Of a stretch of DNA of 64,000 nucleotides, positions 1-11,200 are shown piece by piece (within the stretch, counting starts at the first letter, position 1; every line of letters starts with the position of its first letter). Made by a program: the position numbers and the translations under genes. Origin of the DNA: the human T2T-CHM13v2.0 reference genome, Homo sapiens; the NCBI GenBank assembly GCA_009914755.4, contig CP068257.2:10176001-10240000 (forward strand), given 5' to 3'. The notes beneath the pieces are model-generated. The model ran no database searches. It was not told the DNA's origin and saw nothing but the letters and a program-made list of their open reading frames with translations.

Positions 1-2450
1 ACTTGCAGATCCTACAAAAAGATTTTCAGAACTGCTCTATCAAAAGAAAAGTTCAACTCTGAGAGATGAATGCACACAAAACAAAGAGGTTTTTGAGAAT
101 GCTTCTGTGTAGTTTTTCTGTGAAGTTATTTCCTTTTCCACAATAGGCCACAAAGAGCTCCAAATATCCCCTTGCAGATTCTACAAAAAGAGAGTTTCAA
201 AACTGCTCTATCAAAAGATAGGTTCAACTATGTGGTTTGAATGCACATATGAAAAAAGCAGTTTCTCAGAATGCTTCTGTGTAGTTTTTATGAGAAGATA
301 TTTCCTTTTCCCCAATAGGCCTCCAAGGGCTCCAAATATCCACTTGCAGATTCTATTAAAAGAGTGTTTCCAAACTGCTCAATATAATGAAAGTTTCAAT
401 ACTGTGAGATGAATGCTCACATCAAAAATAAGTTTCTGAGAATGCTTCTGTGTACTTTTTATGTGAAGATATTTCCTTTTCAACAATAGGCCTCAAAGAG
501 CTCCAATTATACACTTGCAGATTCTACAAAAAGAGTGTTTGAAAACTGCTCAATCAAATGAAATATTCACCTCTGTGAGATGAATGCACACATCACAAAG
601 AAGTTCCTCAGAATACTTCTGTGTAGTTTTTATGTGAGGATGTTTCCTTTTCCAACATTGGCTGCAAAGGGCTCCAATTATCCAGTTGCAGATACCACAA
701 AAAGAGAGTTTCCAAACTGCTCTATCAAAAGATAGGTTCAACTATGTGAGATGAATACACAAATCCCAAACAAGTTCCTCAGAATGCTTCTGTGTAGTTA
801 TTATGTGAAGTTATTTCCATTTCAACCATTGACTTCTAAGCTCTCCAAATATCCTCTTACATATTCTACAAAAAGAGCGTTTCAAAACTGTCCAATCAAA
901 AGAAATGTTCAACACTGGGAGATGAATGCACACATCTCAAAGAAGTTTCTCAGAATGCTTCTATCTGGTATTTATGTGAAGATATCTCCTTTTCCACCAT
1001 AGGCTTCAAAGAGCTTCAAATGTCCACTTGCAGATCCCACAAAAAGAGATTTTCAAAACTGCTCAATCAAAAGAAATGTTTCACACTGTGAGATAAATGA
1101 ACACATCACAAGGAAGTTTCTCAGATTGCTTCTGTCTAGATTTTATGTGAAGATATTTCCTTTTCCACCATACGCCTCAAGGTGCTCGAAATGTCAACTT
1201 GCAGATACTTCAAAAAGAGGATTTCCAAACTGGTCATTCAAAAGAAACCTTCAACTCTGAGATATGAATGCACACATCACAAAAAAGTTTCTCAGAATGC
1301 TTCTATCTGGTTTTCATGTGAAGATATTTCCTTTTTCACCATAGACTTCAAAGTGCTCCAAATGTCCGATTACAGATTCTACAAAAAGAGAGTTTCAAAC
1401 TGCTCAATCCAAACAAAGGTTTAATTATGTGAGATAAATGAACACCTCACAAAGAAGTTTCTCAGATTGCTTCTATCTAGATTTTATGTGAAGTTATTTC
1501 CTTTTCTACCATAGGCCGCAAAGAGCTCCAAATCTCCACTTGCAAATTCTACAAAAAGACTGTTTCCAAACTGCTCAATCAAAAGAAAGGTTGAACTCTG
1601 TGAGATGAACGCACACATCGCCAAGAACTTTGTCAGAATTCTTCTGTCTAGTTTTTATGTGAAGATATTACCTTTTCCAAAATAGGCCTCAAAAAGCTCC
1701 AAATGTCCACTTGCAGATACTACAAAAAGAGAGTTTCAATACTGCTCACTAAAAAAAAAAAAAGCTTTAACTCTGTGAGAAGAAGGAACACATCAGAAAG
1801 AAATTTCTCAGATTGCTTCTGTCTAGATTTTATATGAAGATATTTCCTTCCTACCATTGGCCGCAAAGCACTCCAAATGTCCACTTGCAGATTCTACAAA
1901 AAAAGATTTTCAAAACTGCCCAATCAAAAGGAAGGTTCAACGCCGTGAGTTGAACCCACCCATTACAAACAAGTTTCTCAAAATTCTTTTCTCTAGTTTT
2001 TAGGTGAAGATATTTCCTTTTCCACCTTTGGCCTCAAAGTGCTCAAAATGTCCACTTGCAGATTTTACGAAAAGAGTTTCAAAACTGCTCAATCAAAAGA
2101 AAGGTTTATCTCTGGGAGATGAATGCACACATAACAAAGGGGTTCCTCAGATTGCTACTGTCTAGATTTTATGTGAAGATATTTCCTTTTCTACCATAGG
2201 CCGCAAAGCGCTCCAAATGTCCACTTGTAGATTCTACAAAAAGAGTGTTTCCAAACTGCTCAATCAAAAGAAACGTTTACCTCCGTGAGATGAATGCACA
2301 AATCACAAAGAAGTTTCTCAGAAGTTTTCTGCCTAGTTTTTATGTGAAGATATTTCCTTTTCCACCACATGCCTCAAGGATCTCGAAACGTCCAATTGCA
2401 GATTCTTCAAAAAGAGTATTTCAAAACTCGTCCTTCAAAAGAAAGGTTCA
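1..2450 (-). repeat. Alpha satellite DNA, about 14 divergent about 171-bp monomers (monomeric/pericentromeric type), reverse-complement orientation relative to standard consensus
   Basis: The about 171-bp periodicity is visible directly. Each period carries the motifs 'tccaaatatccacttgcagattctacaaaaagag' (reverse complement of consensus 'CTGCAAGTGGATATTTGGA') and 'ttcctttt(c)caccataggcctcaaag'. Monomers differ from one another by many substitutions. Confidence 0.95.
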
Positions 2451-4158
2451 GCTCTCCCTCTCCCTCTCCCTCTCCTCATGGTCTCCCTCTCCCTCTCCCC
2501 ATGGTCTCCCTCTCCCTCTCTTTCCACTGTCTCCCTCTGATGTCGAGCCGAAGCTGGACTGTACTGCTGCCATCTCTGCTCACTGCAACCTCCCTGCCTG
2601 ATTCTCCTGTCTCAGCCTGCTGAGTGCCTGCAATTGCAGGCGTGCGCCACCACGTCTGACTGGTTTTTGTATTTTTTTGGTGGAGACGGGGTTTCGCTGT
2701 GTTGGCTGGGCTGGTCTCCAGCTCCTAACCGCGAGTGATCTGCCAGCCTCGGCCTCCCGAGGTGCTGGGATTGCAGATGGAGTCTCATTCACTCAGTGCT
2801 CAATGTTGCCCAGGCTGGAGTGCAGTGGCATGATCTCGGCTCGCTACAACCTCCACCTCCCAGCCACCAGCCTTGGCCTCCCAAAGTGCCGAGATTGCAG
2901 TCTCTGCCCAGCCGCCACCCCATCTGGGAAGTGAGGAGCATCTCTGCCTGGCCGCCCATCGTCTGGGATGTGTGGAGCCCCTCAGCCTGGCTGCCCAGTC
3001 TGGGAAGTGAAGAGCACCTCTTCCCAGTTGCCATCCCATCTAGGAAGTGAGGAGCGTCTCTGCACAGACACCCATCGTCTGAGATGTGGGGAGCGCCTCT
3101 GCCCCGCCACCCCATCTGGGATGTGAGGAGTGCCTCTGCCCAGCCACGACCCCGTCTGGGAGGTGAGGAGCGTTTCTGCCCGGCTGCCCCGTCTGAGAAA
3201 TGAGGAGCCCCTCTGCCCGGCAGCTGCCCCATCTGGGAAGTGAGGAGTGTCTCCGCCCGGCAGCCGCCCCGTCCAGGAGTGAGGTGGGGGGCAACCCCCA
3301 CCCGGCAAGCCACCCTGTCTGGGAGGAAGGTGGGGGGCAGCCCCCGCCCAGCCAGCCACCCCATCTGGGAGGAAGGTGGGGGGCAGCCCCCACCCGGCCA
3401 GCTGCCCCATCCGGGAGGAAGGTGGGGGGCAGCCCCCGCCCGGCCAGCCACCCCGGCAGGGAGGGAGGTGGGGAGCAGCCCATGCCCGGCCAGCCACCCC
3501 ATCCAGGAGGTGGGGGGCATCCCCCACCCGGCCAGCCACCCCATCCGGGAGGTGGGGGGCGCCTCTGCCCGGCCACCCCTTCTGGGAAGTGAGGAGCCCC
3601 TCTGCCCGGCCGCCACCCCGTCTGGGAGGTGTACCCAACAGCTCATTGAGAACAGGCCATGATGACGATGGTGGTTTGTCAAATAGAAAAGGGGGAAATG
3701 TGGGGAAAAGATAGAGAAATCAGATTGTTGCTGTGTCTGTGTAGAAAGAAGTAGACATAGACTCCATTTTGTTCTGTACTAAGAAAAATTCTTCTGCCCT
3801 GGGATGCTGTTGATCTGTGACCTTACCCCCAACCCAGTGCTCTCTGAAACATGTGCTGTGTCCACTCAGGGTTAAATGGATTAAGGGCAGTGCAAGATGT
3901 ACTTTGTTAAACAGATGCTTGAAGGCAGCATGCTCGTTAAGAGTCATCACCACTCCCTAATCTCAAGTACCCAGGGACACAAACACTGTGGAAGGCCTCA
4001 GGGTCCTCTGCCTAGGAAAACCAGAGACCTTTGTTCACTTGTTTATCTGCTGACCTTCCCTCCACTATTGTCCTATGACCCTGCCAAATCCCCCTCTGCG
4101 AGAAACACCCAAGAATGATCAATAAAAAAAAAAGAAAAAAAAACAACAAAAACAAAAA
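2451..4158 (+). mobile_element. SVA composite retrotransposon (hominoid-specific), about 1.7 kb. Parts: (CCCTCT)n hexamer region 2452-2545; antisense Alu-like region about 2546-2905; GC-rich VNTR about 2906-3640; SINE-R (HERV-K-derived) about 3641-4118; A-rich tail 4121-4158.
   Basis: The 5' end is 'ctctccctctccctctcc...'. Alu-antisense-like stretches follow ('ggtttcgctgtgttggctgggctggtctc', 'cccaggctggagtgcagtggc', 'gcctcccaaagtgc'). Then come repeated about 37-40-bp VNTR units 'gcctctgcccggccgccaccccgtctgggaagtgaggagc'. The SINE-R start 'gtacccaacagctcattgagaacaggccatgatgacgatggtggttt' is present. The element ends in 'aataaaaaaaaaagaaaaaaaaacaacaaaaacaaaaa'. Confidence 0.9.
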
Positions 4159-4366
4159 CTAGAAGAGTATAATTGGATGTTTGTAACACAAAGGATAATA
4201 AATACCTGAGGGAATGGATAGTCTATTTTCCATGCTGTGATTTTTACACCCTGCATGCCTGTATCAAAACATCTCATGTATCCATAAATATATATACCTA
4301 CTAAATACCCACCAAAATTAAAAATTAAAAAATAAATAAAGTATACAAAATGAAAGGCAAAAAAAA
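4159..4366 (+). other. Non-satellite about 200-bp segment between the SVA poly-A and alpha satellite, ending in its own short A-run (4359-4366). Candidate SVA 3' transduced sequence; its AT-rich end resembles an old L1 3' end, but origin is unassigned.
   Basis: The sequence 'ctagaagagtataattggatgtttgtaacac...cctgcatgcctgtatcaaaacatctcatgtatccataaatatatatacctactaaatacccaccaaaattaaaaa...aaaggcaaaaaaaa' has neither 171-bp periodicity nor SVA homology. It sits inside the interval bracketed by the target-site duplication. Confidence 0.5.
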
Positions 4367-7300
4367 GAAAGGTTCAACTCTGAGATATGACTGCACACAT
4401 CACAAAGAAGTTTCTCAGAATACTTCTATCTAGTTTTCCTGTGAAGATATTTCCTTTTCCACCATAGACCGCAAAGCACTCCAAATGTCCACTTGCAGAT
4501 TCTACAAAAACAGAGTTTCAAACTGCTCAATCAAAAGAAAGTTTTAACTCTGTGAAGTGAATGCACAAATCACAATAAAAGTTTCTCAGATTGTTTCTGT
4601 CTAGATTTTATGTGAAGATATTTCCTTTTGTACCAAAGGATGCAAAGCCCTTCAAATGTCCACTTGCAGATTCTACAAAAGGAGAGTTTTCAAACTGCTC
4701 AATCAAAAGAAATTTTCAACTCTGTGAGATAAACACAGACATCACAATGAAGTTTCTCAGAATTCTTCTATCTAGTTTTTATGTGAGGATATTTCCTTTT
4801 CCACCATAGGCCTCAAAGCGCTCCAAAAGTCCACTTGCAGATTCTACAAAAAGAGAATTTTAAGCTACTCAATCAAAAGAAAGTTTTAACTCTGTGAGAT
4901 GAATGCACACATCAAAAAGAAGTTTCTCAGATTGCTTCTGTCTAGATTTTGTGTGAAGATATTTCCTTTTGTACCAAAGGATGCAAAGCCCTTCAAATGT
5001 CCACTTGCAGATTCTACAAAAAGAGAGTTTTCAAACTGCTCAATCAAAAGAAATTTTCAACGCTGTGAGATAAACACAGACATCACAATGAAGTTTCTCA
5101 GATTTCTTCTGTCTAGTTTTTATGTGAGGATATTTCCTTTTCCACCATAGGCCTCAAAGCACTCCAAAAGTCCACTTGCAGATTCTACAAAAAGAGAATT
5201 TTAAACTACTCAATCAAAAGAAAATTTTTAATTCTGTGAGATGAATGCACACATCAAAAATAAGTTTCTCAGATTGCTTCTGTCTAGATTTTATGTGAAG
5301 ATACTTCCTTTTCTACCACAGCCCTCAAAGCGCTGCAAATGTCCACTTGTAGATCCTACAAAAAGTGTTTCCAAACTGCTTAATCAAAAGAAAGGTTAAA
5401 CTCTGTAAGATGAACGCACGTATCACAAAGAAATTTCTCAGAATTCTTCTGTGTAGTTTTTATGTGAAGACGTTTCCTATTCCACCATAGGCCTTAAAGC
5501 GCTAAAAGTGTCCAATTGCAGGTTCTACAAAAAGAGAGTTTCAAAACTGTTCAATCAAAACAAAGGTTTAACTCTTTGATATGAATGCACACATCACAAA
5601 GAAATTTCTCAGATTGCTTCTGTCGAGATTTTATGTGATGGTATTTCATTTTATAACATAGGACGCAAAGCGCTCCAAATATCTACTTGCAGATTTTACA
5701 TAAAGAGTTTTTCCAAACTGCTCACTCAAAATAAAGGTTCACCTTTGTGTGATGAACGTACACATCACAATGAAGTTTCTCAGAAATCTTCAGTCTAGTT
5801 TTGATGTGAAGATATTTCCTTTTCCACCATTGTCCTCAAAGTGCTCCAAATGTCCACTATCAGATTCTACAAAAAAGAGAGTTTCAAACTGTTCAATCAC
5901 AGGAAAGGTTTAACACTGTGAGATGAATACACAAATCAAAAAGAAGTTTCTCAGTTTGCTTCTCTCTAGATTTTATGTGAAGATATTTCTTTCACTACCA
6001 TAGGCCGCAAAGCACTCCAAATGTCCAATTGCAGATTCTACAAATAGAGTGTTTAAAACTGCTCAATCAAAAGAAAGGTTCAACCCTGTGAGATGAATGC
6101 CCACCTTACAAAAAAGTTTCTCAGAATTCTTCTGTCTTGTTTTATGTGAAGATATTTCCTTTTCTACCATAGGCCTCAAAGCTCCCAAAATGTCCACTTG
6201 TAGATTCTACAAAAAGAGTATTTCAAAACTGCTCAATGGAAAAATCTCCAAATCTGTGACATGCATGGACACATCACAAAGAATTTTCTCAGAATGCTTC
6301 TATCTAGTTTTTATGTGAAGATATTTCCTTTTCCAAAACAGGCCTCAAATTTCTCCCAATATCCACTTGCAGATTCTCAAAAAGAATGTTTCAAAACTGC
6401 TCAATCATAAGAAAATTTCAACTCTGTCACGTGAATGCACACATGTCAAAGGAGTTGCTCAGAATGCTTCTGTCTAGTTTTTATGTGAAGATATTTTCTT
6501 TTCCACTTTAGACAGTATAGCACTCCAAATATCCACTTGCATATTCTACAAAAATAGTGTTTCCAAACTGCTCAACCAAAAGAAAGGTTCGAGCCTGTGA
6601 GATGAGTGCACACATCATAAAGAAGATTCTCAGAATGCTTCTATCTAGTTTTTATGTGAAGATATTTCCTTTTCCACCATAGGCCTCAAAGTGCTCCAAA
6701 TGACCAATTGCAGATTCTACAAATGAGTTTTTCAAAACTGCTCAATCAAAAGAAAGGTTCAACTCTCTAAGATGAATTCACATATCACAAAGAATTTTCT
6801 CAGAATGATTCTGTCTAGTTTTTATGTGAAGATATTTCCTTTTCCACCATAGTCCACAAAGCGCTCCAAATGTCCTATTGCAGATTCTACAAGAGTGTTT
6901 CAAAACAGCTCAATCAAAAGTAAGGTTAAATTCGGTGAGATGAATGCACACATCACAAAGAAGGTTCTCAGAATGCTTCTGTTTAGCACTTAAGGGAAGA
7001 TATTTTCTTTTCCACCATAGGCCTCAAAACACTCCAAATGTCCTCTTGCAAATTCTACAAAACGTGTTTCAAAACTGATCAATCAAAAGAAAGTTCCAAC
7101 TCTGTCAGATGAATGCACACATCCCAAATAAGTTTGTCAGAATGATTCGGTATAGTTTTTATGTGAAAATGTTTCCTTTTCCACCATAGCCTGCAAAGTG
7201 CTCCAAATGTCCACTTGCAGATTCTACAAAAAGAGTGTTTCAGAACTGCTCAATCGAAAGTAAGGTTCAAATCTGGAAGATAGATGCGCACATCCAAAAG

Positions 7301-8243
7301 AAGTTGGTCAGAATGATTCTATCTAGTTTTAATGTGAAGATGTTTCCTTTTCCACACTAGGCCTCACAGTGCTCAAAATGTCCACTTGCAGATTCTACAA
7401 AAAGAGTGTTTTGAAACTGCTCAATCAAAATAAAATTTCAACACTGTGAGGTGAATGCACACATCACAAAGAAGTTTCGCACACATCACAAAGAAGTTTC
7501 TCAGAATGCTTCTGTTAAGTTTTTATGTGAAGATATTTCCTTTTCCACCGTAGGCCTGAACACTCTCCAAATATCTACTTGCCGATTCTACAAAAAGAGT
7601 GTTTCAAAACTGCTCAATGAAAAGAAACTTTCAAATCTGTGAGATGAATTCACACATCACAAAGAAGTTTGTCAGAATGTTTCTGTATAGTTTTTATATG
7701 AAGATACTTCCTTTTCCACCATAGGCTTCAAAGTGCTCCAAATTTCCACATGCAGATTGTACAAAGTCTTTCAAAGCCATTCAATCAAATGAAAGGTTCA
7801 AACCTGTGAGATGAATGCACACATCACAAAGAAATTTGTCAGAATGCTTCTGTCTAGCTTTTTTGAAGATATTTCCTTTTCCATCATATGATTCAAAGAG
7901 CTCCAAATGTCCACTTGCAGATAATACAAAAAGGGAGTTTCAAAGCTGCTGAATCAAAAGAAAGGTTCAATTCTTTGAGATGAATGCACATATCACAAAG
8001 AAGTTTGCAGAATGCTTCTGTCTAGTTTTCATGTGAAGATTTTTTTTCAACATATGCCTCAAATCGCTCCAAATGTCCACTTGCAGATCCTACAAAACGA
8101 GTGTTTCCAAACTGCTTAATAAAAAGAAATGTTCAACTCTGTGAGAAGACCTCACACATCACAAAGAAGTTTCTCAGACTGCTTCTGTCTAGGTTTTATG
8201 TAAAGATATTTCCTTTTCCACCATAGGCCTCAAAGTGCTCCAA
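4367..8243 (-). repeat. Alpha satellite DNA, about 22 monomers, continuation of the array interrupted by the SVA. It contains a locally duplicated 340-bp dimer (4561-4900 and 4900-5240).
   Basis: Same about 171-bp monomer motifs as block 1. ORFs 4591..4809 and 4899..5150 translate to near-identical peptides, which confirms a 340-bp duplicated dimer. The last monomer is truncated at 'ccataggcctcaaagtgctccaa' (about 8243). Confidence 0.95.
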
Positions 8244-11200
8244 TCCACTCCACTGCATTCCATTCTGTCCCATTCCATTCCACTCCATTCCACTCCACCT
8301 CACTCCACTGCACTCCGCCCCACTCCATTCCATTCCATTACATTACATTCCACTCCATTCCATTACATTCATTTCTTTCGACAGGATCTCACTCTGTAAC
8401 CCAGGCTGTAATGCAGTGGCACAATCTCAGCTCACATTACATTTCACCTTTCCATTCCATTCCATTGCATTCCATTCCTTTCCATTCTATTCCATTCCAC
8501 TCCACTCCAAACCACTCTACTCGACTCCACTCCACTCCATTCCATTCCATCCCATTGCATTCAACTCCACTCCACTCCACTCCTTTCTTTTGACAGTTAT
8601 CTCACCCTGTCAACCAGCCTGGAGTTAAGTGGCACAATCTCAGCTCACATTTCATTTCACCATTCCATTCCAATCCATTCCACGACATTCCATTCCATTG
8701 CATTTCATTCAATTCCATTCCACTCCATTCCATTCCATTCCACTCCACTCCACTCCACTCCACTCCATTCCAATCCATCACACTCCCTTTCACTACATTG
8801 CATTCCACTCCACTCCACTCCCTTCTATTCCATCCCATTGCATTAAACTCCACTCCACTACACTACACTGCACTACACTACACTACACTCCACTTCACTA
8901 CACTACACTACACTACACTACACTACACTACACTACACTACACTACACTACACTACACTACACTACACTCCCTTCCATTCCATTCCATTCCAGACCACTC
9001 CATTCCATTCCATTCCTTTCTTTCAATAGGATATCACTCTGTAACCCAGGCTGGAGTGCAGTGGAGCAATCTCAGGAGACATTTCACTTCACCATTACAT
9101 TGCATTGCATTCCATTCCATTCATTTCCATTCCATAACATTCCACTGCACTCCACTCCACTCCACTACACTCCACTCCACTTCAATCCACTCAACTCCAT
9201 TCCAATCCATTTCATTCCATTCCATCCACTCCATTCCACTCCATTCCACTCCAATCCACTCCACTTCAGTCCAGTCCATTCCACTCCATTCCACTCCAAT
9301 CCATCCCATCACATTCCACTCCATTCCTCTCCACTCCACTCCACTTCACTCCACTCCATTCAACTCCATTCCATTCCATTCCATTCCATTCCATTCCATT
9401 CCATTCCATTCCATTCCATTCCTTTCTTTCAACAGGATCTCACTCTGTCACCCAGGCTGGAGTGCAGCGGCACTATCTCAGCTCACATTTCATTTCACCA
9501 TTTCATTCCATTCCATTCCATTCCATTCCATTCCATTCCACTCCATTCCATTCAATTCCATTCCATTCTGTTCCATTCCACTTCATTCCAGTCCACCCTT
9601 CTACACTCCAAGCCACTCCACTCCATTCCATTGAATTCCATTGTATTCCACTCCATTCCACTCCACTCCACTCCACTCTAATCAACTCTACTCCACTCCA
9701 TTCCATTCCATTCCATTCCATTCCACTCCATTCCATTCCTTTCCATTCCATTACATCCCATTCCATTACATCCCATTCCATTCCACCCCATTCCATTCCA
9801 CAGCATTCCACTCCACTCCACTAAACTCCACTCCAATCCACTCCATTCAATTCCATTCAATTCTACTCCATTCCATTCCACTCTATTCCATTCCATTCCT
9901 TTCTTTTGACAGGATCTCACTCTGTCACCCAGAGTGGAGTGCAGTAACACAATTTCAGTTCACATTTCATTTCACCATTCCATTCCATTCCATTCCATTC
10001 CATTCCATCCCATTCCATTCCATTCCATTCCTTTCCATTCCATTCCATTCCATCCCATTCTATTAAACTCCACTCCACTCCACGCCATTCCATTCCATCC
10101 CATTCCATTCAACTCCCTTCCACTCCAGTCCACTCCACACCACTCTACTCCATTCCATTCAACTCCCATCCACTCCAGTCCGCTCCACACCACTCCACTC
10201 CATTCCAACCCATTCCATTCCACTCCTTTCCAATCCATTTCACTCCACTACCCTCCACTCCATTCATTTCCACTCCAAACTATTCCATTCCTCTCCACTC
10301 CACTTCACTCCACCCCACTACTCTCCACTCCATTCCATTCCATTCCACTCCATTCCATTCCATTCATTTTCTTCGAAAGAGTCTCACTCTGTCACTGAGG
10401 CTGGAGTGCAGTGGCACAATCTCACATCACATTTCATTTCACCATTCCATTGCATTCAATTCCGTTCTATTTAACTCCAATCCACTCCACTCCACTCCAC
10501 TCCACGCCATTCCATTCCATTACATTCCAGTCCATTCCATTCCATTCCTGTCCACTCCACTCCGCTAACATTCCATTCAATTCCATCCCATCCCATTCAA
10601 CTCCATTCCATTCCTCTCCACTCCACTCCACTGCACTCCACTCCACATCACTCATCTCCATTCCGTTCCATTCCATTCCACTCCATTCCATTGCATTCCT
10701 TTCTTTCGACAGCATCTCACTCTGCTACCCAGACGGGAGTGCAGTGCCACAATCACAGCTCACATTTAATTTCACCATTCCATTCCATTCCATTCCATTC
10801 CATTGCATTCCAGTGCACTCCACTCCATTCCATTCTACTCCACTCCATTCCATTCCATTCCATTCCTCTCCATTCCATTCCATACCATTCCATTCCATTC
10901 CACTCCACTCCACTCCATTCCAATCCATCCCATTATATTCCACTCCATTCCACATCACTCCACTCCATTCCAAACCATTACATTCCTTTCCATCCCATTC
11001 CATTCCACTCGATTCCACTCCAATCCACTCCATTCCACTCCATTCCATTCCACTACACTCCACTCCATTCCACTCCATTCCATTCCACTACACTCCACTC
11101 CATTCAATTCTATTCCTTTCCATTCCACTCCATTCCATTCCATCACTTTCTTTTGACAGGGTCTCACTCTGTCACACAGGCTGGAGTACAGTGGCACAAT

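Noticed and set aside
1741-1770. Internal A13 run ('actgctcactaaaaaaaaaaaaagcttt') inside an alpha monomer, a possible retroelement tail
   Set aside because: There is no adjacent element body or TSD. It sits at the position where other monomers read 'caatcaaaagaaaggtt', so it is most simply an A-run expansion within the monomer.
2789-3682. 297-aa and 218-aa minus-strand ORFs and 130-140-aa plus-strand ORFs rich in P/G/R/W
   Set aside because: They lie entirely within the GC-rich VNTR of the SVA element. They are an artefact of tandem about 37-40-bp GC-rich repeats.
1-8243. Searched for CENP-B boxes in alpha satellite
   Set aside because: No match to the 17-bp box (either strand) was recognised by eye. 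Its absence is reported as a finding rather than as a feature. A computational scan is needed for certainty.
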